37,537 nt of DNA from a virus. The DNA is taken from the IMG/VR virus record IMGVR_UViG_3300047160_025247; one strand, given 5' to 3'. Each line of letters starts with the position of its first letter. Within the stretch, counting starts at the first letter, position 1. Positions 7,730-15,236 of this stretch are shown here, one piece after another. Position numbers and translations under genes: made by a program. The notes below the pieces were generated by a model. It had not been told where the DNA came from and did not search any database. It saw nothing but the letters and a program-made list of their open reading frames with translations.

Positions 7730-8370
7730 CGTGCGACCACGTTCTGCTGGATGTCGATGCGTGTGCCCGGCACGACCTTACCGGCGAGCACGTCGGCTTC
7801 GAGCCGCTTCTCGTCGATGATCCAGTACTCGGACGGGATCTGCATGCGATCAGTGATGACCACCACCTTGCGGCGAGAGATTGGGATGTTGATTTCTTCC
7901 GTCGGAACGAGCACGGTGAGCGGCGGCGTCGGGCGGCTCGTGTCCGTCTGCGCGGCCTTCTCGGCCTCTTCGAGAAGCTTCCGCTGCTCGGCGATCTTCC
8001 GGTCGCGTTCGATGGCGAAGTCCGCCTGCTGGCGCTTGCCTTCGTCGATGACGATGTCGAGCCTCGTCTGGAAGCGGTTGGCTTCGGCGTCGATTGCCTG
8101 ACCGGCGCGCAGGAACGGTTCCTTCACCCGCTTGCGGCACTGCTCAATGTCGCGCTTCAGCTCCGACGCATCGCGCACGATCGCGCGCATGGTGTCGATC
8201 GACGACTGATCGGTCACACCAGGGTGCTGTTCCATGCGCGCGTACAGCTCGTTCACGCGGGCATTGAGGATGCCAGGAACCGCGAGCGCAGTCTTCGGCA
8301 CCTCCGTTGCGACGATGACGTCGAGCGGGTGCGGCGGGTCGGTGTTCGGCGCGATGACGTCGTTAGCCAT
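7726..8370 (-). CDS. Coiled-coil protein, Siphovirus Gp157-like C-terminus
   Basis: Long helical region then VVITDRMQIPSEYWIIDEKRLEADVLAGKVVPG. Confidence 0.6.
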   Translation of the reverse strand: MANDVIAPNTDPPHPLDVIVATEVPKTALAVPGILNARVNELYARMEQHPGVTDQSSIDTMRAIVRDASELKRDIEQCRKRVKEPFLRAGQAIDAEANRFQTRLDIVIDEGKRQQADFAIERDRKIAEQRKLLEEAEKAAQTDTSRPTPPLTVLVPTEEINIPISRRKVVVITDRMQIPSEYWIIDEKRLEADVLAGKVVPGTRIDIQQNVVAR

Positions 8371-8686
8371 GGGCTCGCATCAGGTCAGGGAGGATGAAGA
8401 TGATCAGGAGCAGCACGAGGATGATCGCGAGCACGTAGAGCGTCGGCGCGAGACGGTTCCACGCGCTCACTGCGAGCGACTTCGGCGGTGTCTCTGAGAG
8501 GATGTCGAACCGCGAGGGAACGACACCGGGAACCAGCGGATGCACACCGACGATCGTGACATCCCAGAAGCCATCGTCGCAGAGAGCGACGATCATGGCC
8601 TTCTTTCCAATGAGCGGCTCCCAGAACGGACTCGCTCGATTCGAACCGCAGTCCTTCACGCGCAGCTCAGCGCCGACTTCGATCAT
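8363..8686 (-). CDS. Small membrane protein
   Basis: ATG 8686; C-terminal TM LYVLAIILVLLLIIFILP. Confidence 0.6.
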   Translation of the reverse strand: MIEVGAELRVKDCGSNRASPFWEPLIGKKAMIVALCDDGFWDVTIVGVHPLVPGVVPSRFDILSETPPKSLAVSAWNRLAPTLYVLAIILVLLLIIFILPDLMRAHG

Positions 8687-8688
8687 GA

Positions 8689-9324
8689 CTAGAACCGATC
8701 CCTTCCCAGGCGCGGCGGCACGGGTGCGCCGATGTGGTCTTTGCCGCTGTAGGCGCCCGCGTAGAGCTTGTTGACCACGCCTCCCAACGTGAGCTGGAAG
8801 CTCACCTGAGCGATCCGCATGCCGACGTAGAGCTTGGTCAGCTCGCGCGTAGCGATCTCCAGCGTGAAGCACCCTTCGAAGCCGAAGTCGCCGAAGCCGG
8901 CGGTCTCGTGCACGGTGACCCCGAGGCGGCCGAGCGTTGAGCGGCCGTCGATCATCGGGATCGCGTAGACGTAAGCGAAGTACCTCGGCTTAAAGGGCCC
9001 GTCGGTGACTGGGATGGCGACCGGCTCTCTCACCTCGAACCGCTCGCGCACGAAGCCAAGGTAGAGCGTGTTCGGCATCAGCATGAAGTAGGGGTCGTGC
9101 TCGTCGGCATCGGTCGGGAAGATCTCGCGATACTGCGCGGTTGACGGATCGTACGGATCGATGAACGAGTTGCTCTCACGCACGAGCAGCTTGTCGCCCA
9201 GCGTCACGTCGATGCTGTTCGAGCCGATCTTGAGATGCCCAGCAGTAGCGGGCCGACCGTCTCGGAACGCCTTCCACTTCCCGTTGATGAGTTGCTGCTC
9301 GATCGTGTGTCCGTCGACGAGCAT
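8689..9324 (-). CDS. dcd: dCTP deaminase
   Basis: SNSIDVTLG, DGRSTLGRLG, AGFGDFGFEGCFTLEI, GMRIAQV motifs of the trimeric dCTP deaminase family. Confidence 0.9.
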   Translation of the reverse strand: MLVDGHTIEQQLINGKWKAFRDGRPATAGHLKIGSNSIDVTLGDKLLVRESNSFIDPYDPSTAQYREIFPTDADEHDPYFMLMPNTLYLGFVRERFEVREPVAIPVTDGPFKPRYFAYVYAIPMIDGRSTLGRLGVTVHETAGFGDFGFEGCFTLEIATRELTKLYVGMRIAQVSFQLTLGGVVNKLYAGAYSGKDHIGAPVPPRLGRDRF

Positions 9325-9326
9325 GG

Positions 9327-9845
9327 CTACACCGACGCTTTGGCGGACGGGAGCGTGACGATGCCGGCGGGCAGCTGCTCGCGGATGACGCGATCGATGT
9401 CCGGCGGCCGGTGGCCCGGCGGCTTGATCAGCTTGCCGTCCTCGCGAATCGAGTGGCCGGGGCCGAACTTCGCGAGATTGTTCTCGTCAACGCACTCCAG
9501 CACCGGGACGTCCTTGATGCCACAGGCGATCAGCGTGCCGATGGTCACAACGCTGACGTCGGCGCAGCCGTCGACGATCTCGGTGAGGTTGGGCTCGCGG
9601 TCGACGACGAGCGTCGCCGTCGCCATGTTGACACGGTGGATGGCGACCTGCTTGCTCTGGGGCGTATAAAGCACCGAGAAGCCAAGCGCTTCGATGGTCT
9701 CCAGCGCCTCCTCCAGGATCAGCTTCGCGCGGAGCTTGCGCACATCGGCCGACGGCATCGTCGGCTGCGTCGGGCAGTCCTGCTTGGCGCGGAGCATGAA
9801 CTCCAGGACGCGGTTGTAGTGCGGGGAACGGGGGATGCTGCTCAT
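9327..9845 (-). CDS. MazG-like (all-alpha) NTP pyrophosphohydrolase, probable dUTPase
   Basis: LRAKLILEEALE...EIVDGCADVSVV...NNLAK...REDGKLIKP motif set. Confidence 0.8.
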   Translation of the reverse strand: MSSIPRSPHYNRVLEFMLRAKQDCPTQPTMPSADVRKLRAKLILEEALETIEALGFSVLYTPQSKQVAIHRVNMATATLVVDREPNLTEIVDGCADVSVVTIGTLIACGIKDVPVLECVDENNLAKFGPGHSIREDGKLIKPPGHRPPDIDRVIREQLPAGIVTLPSAKASV

Positions 9846-10222
9846 GATGCGAACGCTTTCTTGGTGATGGGTTGGAGAGACTTGCCGAGAACGAAGTCGT
9901 TGAAGAGACGGTCGAGCATATCCGCGTCGGCGGACTTGGTCCACACCGGCTCGGTGAGGTTGAGATCGTTGTTGAACATCGACGGCATGCCAAGCATGTT
10001 CTTGATCTTGGTAGTCGTCGAGTGCGCCTTGAAGTGCGCCTCGAAATCGTCCTTGGTGAATCCGCGAGCGGGATCGAGATCGCCGCGACGGATCGCACGA
10101 TCCGGCGTGTCGACGCGCAGGTTCGCGAGCGTGCCGCGATCGTCGTAGACGGCAACGCCGACATTGGTGTGCTCGGTGGTGTAGCGACGGTTTGTCGCCT
10201 GAAGCAGAACGTAGAAGGCCAT
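9842..10222 (-). CDS. Hypothetical protein (N-terminus resembles DUF3037)
   Basis: FYVLLQ...EHTNVGVAVY; ATGA overlap with downstream gene. Confidence 0.55.
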   Translation of the reverse strand: MAFYVLLQATNRRYTTEHTNVGVAVYDDRGTLANLRVDTPDRAIRRGDLDPARGFTKDDFEAHFKAHSTTTKIKNMLGMPSMFNNDLNLTEPVWTKSADADMLDRLFNDFVLGKSLQPITKKAFAS

Positions 10223-10231
10223 GGCTATTTC

Positions 10232-10531
10232 CTATGGAGTATGGAGAAAAGGGCGTTTCTCAAAAGTAACTATTTTGCACTTCGGACATTCTGTGCTTAT
10301 CATCTTCAAGTCGATAGCTCCACAGTTATCGCATTTCCAGATGAGGTTTACCGGAAGCCCTTTCCTGCATCGATCACAAGCGCACACATAGGTCTTCGGA
10401 TCGCACGGAATGAAATGCTGAGATGCAGCTTCACCCCACCGCTTCCACGCACGATCAGTGCACTCCTTCGGACACCGATCCAGTGGACGGTTGTGGTCTT
10501 GGCAGATATCAGAAATACGGCCGACAGGCAT
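10232..10531 (-). CDS. Cys-rich hypothetical protein
   Basis: Multiple CxxC pairs; TAATG overlap with polymerase stop. Confidence 0.55.
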   Translation of the reverse strand: MPVGRISDICQDHNRPLDRCPKECTDRAWKRWGEAASQHFIPCDPKTYVCACDRCRKGLPVNLIWKCDNCGAIDLKMISTECPKCKIVTFEKRPFLHTP

Positions 10532-13500
10532 TACTTTCCATACCTCCGCATGATCTCAGGCTTGCAGCTGAGCGGCATGCCGCGGCCCCACTCGGGCACC
10601 GTGCACATGATGTCGCGCATCGACGCGACGGCGTCGTCGGCATATTCTTCAGGAACTTCAGCGACAACCTCGTCGTGCACATGCATCACGATCTCGTCGC
10701 CGGTCTCTTCGATGCGCAGCATCGCGTCGGCGAGGAAGTCGCGGCAGATGGCCTGCGTGATGTTCTCGATGATCTTGCCGCCGTAGATCTCCTCGTGGCG
10801 GACCTGGCCCTTCACGGCCGAGTCGTACGCGATCACGTCCTGGCCTTCCCAGTTGACGCGGCGGCTCGGCGCGAGGCGCGCATTCATGTAGGTCAGCGGA
10901 CGGCCGCTCGGCAGGATGATCTCGACGCGATCCGGATAGCCAATGAACGCACACCGCGCCGCGTAGTACTCCTTGCCCGGATTGCGGATCGCACGGCGGA
11001 AGCAATCTTCCGACTTGCGCCACATGTCGCAGACCAGCGGGTGCTTTCTACGCCATGCGTCGACGATCGCCTTCGGGTCGATGCCGACAGCGCCGAGGTC
11101 GATATTGCCGCTGTAGGCGAAGCGGTTGACCGCGCCAACACCACCCCCATAGCCGCAAGCAAGTTCTCCAATCTTACCGATCTGGCGTTCCTGCTTATCC
11201 TTCTTCGTAATCTCACGCTTGTAAAGGAACGACGCGAGCCGGCAATAGATGTCAGGACCGCGGCCGGCGTCGTAGTCGAGATGCTCCTTGAGATTCTCCC
11301 AGTCCTCCGCTTCCCACAGCAGCGCGCGAGCTTCTACCTGCGAGAAGTCGCCGACGACGAACACGCAGCCGGGCCGCGGGACAAGGATGCCACGCACGAG
11401 CGACGAGAGCAGCTCGTACGGGCGGTGACCCTTGCACAGCTCCTCGAAGGCCTTGATGTCCTTCCGCTCGACCGCGGCGATGGCGGCTTCGAGATCAAAG
11501 TCCTCGCTCGGGCGCTTCATGTTCTGTACTTGAACCCGCGATCCACAGTTGGAGACAACACCGGTTGCCGTCAAAAAACGGTGCTGATTCCCAACATTCA
11601 GGAGATCGAAGACGCGCGCCGTGCGCGAACCTTGGCGGCGAACTCGGCCCTCCGCTCCGGCGTCCAATAGGCCCGTAGCGCAGCTTTCTGCCTGCGTCTC
11701 CTCAGTGCGTGGTTGATGTGCTTCCGAGCTTTGGCGAGCTGACGGTTTCTGGTTTCGATCTCGGTCTTGCTCAACCGTGCATTCGCTGCCTTCTTCCCGG
11801 CCGAGATGAGCAGGATATGCGACCTCCGCTCTGCTGGCGTCATGGACGCCCAAAAGCGTGCAGTGCTCACCTTCGATCGACAAGACATCTTCGTCCGCAT
11901 CTCGGGGTTTTTCTCCCACCACTGCTTCATGGTTCGAGAAGCACGCCGCAGTTGCGCCTTCGAGAAGGACCGGCCCCGCGGTTTCCACCCCGAGAGCCGA
12001 AGCTCGCGAGTTCGCTCGCTGGCCCGCTTCACGTTTTCCAAAGCTATACGCCGGGCCAATTCCGGGTTCTTTTTCCGCCACTTCTTCGCAAGCTCGGAGA
12101 GGTTCTTTAAGTGTGCTCTGGACCGAGGAGATTTGAGAACCCCCTCGCATAGCTTCCTGCGATACTCTTCCAACAATGTGGGATTCTTCCGAAGAAGCGT
12201 ATGCCACCGCCGCGCCCCGTCGGTTGCATCCCAGTCGCCACCGCGTGTCGCGTTGTACCCTTTCGGAATCAAGCACTGTCTCTTCTCGATCTCGACTATC
12301 TCGCGCTTTAGCGCCTTTGTCAGCGACGAGCACACCGCGACCACAGACACCCTGATCAACGAAAGCGGGAACTTTCGAAGCGCTTGACATACCGGACGAT
12401 GTTGGGTGTCCAGTTGACAACTGCGCCGAGCGTGGGATCGAACTCTGGTGTACAGAGACGTGGTCGTGAGCCCGATGTACTCCCGGCCATCCGGGAAAAT
12501 CAGCAGGTAGACGAGCGCCCCGCCACAGGTCGGCACCAGTTTTCTCAGCTTCCGAGAGCTTGCACGATAGCTGATCACCTGTGTAGACTACATGTTCTGC
12601 AGTTGCAGTCAAACCGCGGTAGGTAACTACCTCACGGTTTCCAATGTACTGTACGCCGTCGTGGGATACCCACTTGGCCCCGTCCCAAACCGCGTCGAGC
12701 AGTGAGACCGCCTCGATAGGCCGCCAAGACACATGGCTTCCTCGCCTCGTCAGCACGAGCATGCCTTCGGCCAAACACCACCGCCCCGTCCGAGCACCCC
12801 AGTAGCGCAGCAGCGCATAGATGCGTCCGTCACGGCAGACACCGCGCAGCGCCGTCTCCACCTTCGCGAGCGCGGCGCGCGTTACCACCAACCGGTTGGT
12901 GAGCACCGAGTAGATCTCGGTCGTCAGCTCGATGTCGCCTTCCTCATCAGCTTCGAGGATCTGCTCCAGCTGATCGGCGCGCATGTTGTCCATCTCAAGA
13001 CCCTGCGTCGCGAGATACTCGCGCAGGAAGTCGTTGCGCGTGAGATCAGTGCCCTTCACTGCACCATGCGTGGCCTCTTCGACGGCGCGCCGCGCCTCGT
13101 TCTTGAAGACGTCGTCGAACTCCTTCAGCGTCGTGGCGAACTCGACGTCGAGCTGCACGCCGCGGTGATTCACCTTCCGATGCAGGAGGTTGACGCGGTT
13201 CTCCCACTCTGGCTTGATGTCGATGCCGAAGCGCTCCGAGATGCCGAACTGGATGTCGGTGTCACGGAAGTTGTAGCCGACGTAGCGGCGCATGATGGTG
13301 GCGTCGACCGCTGGCAGCACGCCGCTGCGGTTCGGCTTGCACGTCGCCATCATCAGCTTGTAGCCTTCGATGTCCTTGCCGAGGCCGAGCAGGTACTGAC
13401 CAGCAGCGTCGGCGCCGCCAGGAAGGCCGCGCATCAGCGTCTGGTCCATCGTGTCGCGCCAGCCACCAGGCGGCTCCGGGAGCTTCAGGCAACGCTGCGT

Positions 13501-13824
13501 GATCGGCCGCTCGAAATCGACGTTGTGCGCGATGGCGATGATCGGCGCCGTGAACATCTGCCGCAGGAACTCGATGCCGCACTCGTACTGGATGTCCGAC
13601 GGCATCTGCGGCAGATCGTAGCGCTCCATCGTCCAGAAGATGCGGTGGCCGTTGACGATGATCGCCGCGCACAGCACACGCGTCGACGGGTGCTCCGCGT
13701 AGACGTAGCTGCCACACTTCTTCAGGTCGCACTTGCTGGCCGTCTCATAGTCAAGCCAGACCGGCGTGAAGCCGTTGATCGGCTTGAAGAGTTCCATCGC
13801 AGGGATCAGCGTCGGTGCGTTCAT
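10531..13824 (-). CDS. polA: Phage family A DNA polymerase (3'-5' exonuclease + polymerase) containing an intein
   Basis: Exo I LDYETAS, Exo II AHNVDFE, Exo III YNFRD; GARTGRW; motif A GDFSQVEAR; motif B RQIGKIGELACGYGG; ENITQAICRD; motif C MHVHDEVV. Likely start ATG 13824. Confidence 0.93.
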   Translation of the reverse strand: MNAPTLIPAMELFKPINGFTPVWLDYETASKCDLKKCGSYVYAEHPSTRVLCAAIIVNGHRIFWTMERYDLPQMPSDIQYECGIEFLRQMFTAPIIAIAHNVDFERPITQRCLKLPEPPGGWRDTMDQTLMRGLPGGADAAGQYLLGLGKDIEGYKLMMATCKPNRSGVLPAVDATIMRRYVGYNFRDTDIQFGISERFGIDIKPEWENRVNLLHRKVNHRGVQLDVEFATTLKEFDDVFKNEARRAVEEATHGAVKGTDLTRNDFLREYLATQGLEMDNMRADQLEQILEADEEGDIELTTEIYSVLTNRLVVTRAALAKVETALRGVCRDGRIYALLRYWGARTGRWCLAEGMLVLTRRGSHVSWRPIEAVSLLDAVWDGAKWVSHDGVQYIGNREVVTYRGLTATAEHVVYTGDQLSCKLSEAEKTGADLWRGARLPADFPGWPGVHRAHDHVSVHQSSIPRSAQLSTGHPTSSGMSSASKVPAFVDQGVCGRGVLVADKGAKARDSRDREETVLDSERVQRDTRWRLGCNRRGAAVAYASSEESHIVGRVSQEAMRGGSQISSVQSTLKEPLRACEEVAEKEPGIGPAYSFGKREAGQRANSRASALGVETAGPVLLEGATAACFSNHEAVVGEKPRDADEDVLSIEGEHCTLLGVHDASRAEVAYPAHLGREEGSECTVEQDRDRNQKPSARQSSEAHQPRTEETQAESCATGLLDAGAEGRVRRQGSRTARVFDLLNVGNQHRFLTATGVVSNCGSRVQVQNMKRPSEDFDLEAAIAAVERKDIKAFEELCKGHRPYELLSSLVRGILVPRPGCVFVVGDFSQVEARALLWEAEDWENLKEHLDYDAGRGPDIYCRLASFLYKREITKKDKQERQIGKIGELACGYGGGVGAVNRFAYSGNIDLGAVGIDPKAIVDAWRRKHPLVCDMWRKSEDCFRRAIRNPGKEYYAARCAFIGYPDRVEIILPSGRPLTYMNARLAPSRRVNWEGQDVIAYDSAVKGQVRHEEIYGGKIIENITQAICRDFLADAMLRIEETGDEIVMHVHDEVVAEVPEEYADDAVASMRDIMCTVPEWGRGMPLSCKPEIMRRYGK
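11548..12777 (-). mobile_element. Intein (410 aa) in DNA polymerase, inserted in TGRW/CGS
   Basis: Block A CLAEGMLV; block B LTATAEHVVY (TxxH); block F VFDLLNVGNQHRF; block G GVVSN followed by +1 Cys; removal restores GARTGRW-CGSRVQVQN. Confidence 0.92.
11598..12578 (-). CDS. GIY-YIG homing endonuclease nested out of frame inside the intein
   Basis: VYLLIFPDGREYIGLTT..L..R...H, later REIVEIEK and PKGYN; basic C-terminal W..NPE/W.PE repeats (NUMOD-like); frame is +1 relative to polymerase/intein; start codon uncertain. Confidence 0.88.
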   Translation of the reverse strand: MISYRASSRKLRKLVPTCGGALVYLLIFPDGREYIGLTTTSLYTRVRSHARRSCQLDTQHRPVCQALRKFPLSLIRVSVVAVCSSLTKALKREIVEIEKRQCLIPKGYNATRGGDWDATDGARRWHTLLRKNPTLLEEYRRKLCEGVLKSPRSRAHLKNLSELAKKWRKKNPELARRIALENVKRASERTRELRLSGWKPRGRSFSKAQLRRASRTMKQWWEKNPEMRTKMSCRSKVSTARFWASMTPAERRSHILLISAGKKAANARLSKTEIETRNRQLAKARKHINHALRRRRQKAALRAYWTPERRAEFAAKVRARRASSIS

Positions 13825-14078
13825 GACGCAGACGCCTCCTTGATGCCCGACGTGCCGACGAGCCGCAGCACGCGTGCGTTCTCCATCTTGTTCACCAGCT
13901 CCTTCATCAACGTGAGGTTCTTCACGCACCAGAGACGGTCGTCCTCCGGCGTGTCGGCGTCGAAGCCGTCGGTGGCGATCGACTGCAGCTCCTGCAGGCG
14001 CGCCTTCGCCGCCATCTTCAGCTGCTCCCACTCCTCGGCGCTGAGCCACGCGCTCTTGACCATGCCGTCGTTCGCCAT
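13821..14078 (-). CDS. Hypothetical protein (85 aa)
   Basis: Operon-fitting ORF, ATGA overlap with polymerase start. Confidence 0.6.
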   Translation of the reverse strand: MANDGMVKSAWLSAEEWEQLKMAAKARLQELQSIATDGFDADTPEDDRLWCVKNLTLMKELVNKMENARVLRLVGTSGIKEASAS

Positions 14079-14080
14079 GT

Positions 14081-14314
14081 TCAGTCTCCCACGATGCAGA
14101 GGTTAGATGCCCAGGCAGCGATCTCGGCGGTGGAGATCGGGCGCAGCGTGCGCTCCGCGGTCAGCACGCCATCGTCCGTCATCGCCCAGAAGAGGTCGCG
14201 CGCCTCGTCGTTCGCCGGCAGGAAGTAGCCCGGCTGATCGACGCACGGCGTCCAGCGAACCGGAACGACCCCGCCGCTGATGATCGGCCGCAGCAGGAGA
14301 GGGAACGGGCGCAT
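14081..14314 (-). CDS. Hypothetical protein (77 aa)
   Basis: Tightly packed minus-strand ORF. Confidence 0.5.
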   Translation of the reverse strand: MRPFPLLLRPIISGGVVPVRWTPCVDQPGYFLPANDEARDLFWAMTDDGVLTAERTLRPISTAEIAAWASNLCIVGD

Positions 14315-14315
14315 G

Positions 14316-14648
14316 TCAGTGGCCGATGTTGAAGATGTGCTGAGTTTCGATGGCGCGAGCGATCGTGTCCACCTGCTCCTTGGTGTACGTCATCTCCATC
14401 GCCGTCTTGTTGAACTCGGCGAGGAACGGCACCGCAGGCTTCATGTACTTCTCGATGCGTGGATCCCCGCTCTGGAACCACTCGAAGACCTCGACGGCTT
14501 CCTCCTTTGAGAGATGAAGCACCGCGGCAAAACGCTCCTTGAGCTTATCGCGGTGATGAATGGCGAGCGCAAAGCCGCACGTGAAGAGGTTGGCGGGAAT
14601 GAATTTCCCGTCTTCGGTCTGCGACCAGCGGATGGTGGCGCTGCTCAT
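14316..14648 (-). CDS. Hypothetical protein (110 aa)
   Basis: ATG 14648 right after upstream stop. Confidence 0.6.
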   Translation of the reverse strand: MSSATIRWSQTEDGKFIPANLFTCGFALAIHHRDKLKERFAAVLHLSKEEAVEVFEWFQSGDPRIEKYMKPAVPFLAEFNKTAMEMTYTKEQVDTIARAIETQHIFNIGH

Positions 14649-14649
14649 A

Positions 14650-15234
14650 TCAGGCCTTCTTCTGGCACTCGGCGAGCTTCGCTTCCAGCTCCAGGATCTT
14701 CGCCTCCTTGGCGTCGATGAGTGCGTAGAGCTTCGAGCGCAGAGCACTTTCGCGGACACCGCCACGCGGGATGCCCGGAGCCTTCCTCCGGTGCCCGAGC
14801 ACGATCTTCTCGTCGACCAGGCACACCGCCTGCTCAGTGCCGTCGCAGAAGTTCAGCCAGAAACGCGAAAAGCCGAGCTTGAAGATCTCGTCGGCCTGCT
14901 CCATCGAGCACGACATCGTCGCCGGCGCCTCTTCGACGCAGTAGATCTCCAGGCTGTTGTCGTAGTGGTCGCTCCCGGTGCGACCCACCATATCGGGCCA
15001 GATCTTGTCGAGCATCTCCTCGACGTGCATCTCGGCGAAGCAGCCCTGGTGCATCTTCTCGGCCGCGGTCAGCTCCGGCTTCGCCGGCACCTGCTTCAGC
15101 AACGCGTCGAGGCCCTTCTTGACCTCATCGAGCGCCGTGCGCTGCGCCGTGCTGAGCATCTCGGCACCCTCCTCGGTAAGCGACGAGAACGCCTTCTTGA
15201 AGCGCGCCTTCTGTTCCTCGGTGAAGAAAAGCAT
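14650..15234 (-). CDS. Hypothetical protein (194 aa)
   Basis: Tightly packed ORF, coiled-coil ends. Confidence 0.65.
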   Translation of the reverse strand: MLFFTEEQKARFKKAFSSLTEEGAEMLSTAQRTALDEVKKGLDALLKQVPAKPELTAAEKMHQGCFAEMHVEEMLDKIWPDMVGRTGSDHYDNSLEIYCVEEAPATMSCSMEQADEIFKLGFSRFWLNFCDGTEQAVCLVDEKIVLGHRRKAPGIPRGGVRESALRSKLYALIDAKEAKILELEAKLAECQKKA

Positions 15235-15236
15235 GG

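Noticed and set aside
13825-14049. 75-aa N-terminal extension of the polymerase in the ORF track
   Set aside because: Overlaps the better-supported 13821-14078 gene; ATG 13824 has an AAGGAGG RBS and an ATGA overlap
10423-14106. Long plus-strand ORFs (10423-11670, 11767-12387, 12733-14106) and similar antisense ORFs elsewhere
   Set aside because: Shadow ORFs typical of GC-rich coding DNA; no motifs and antisense to well-supported genes
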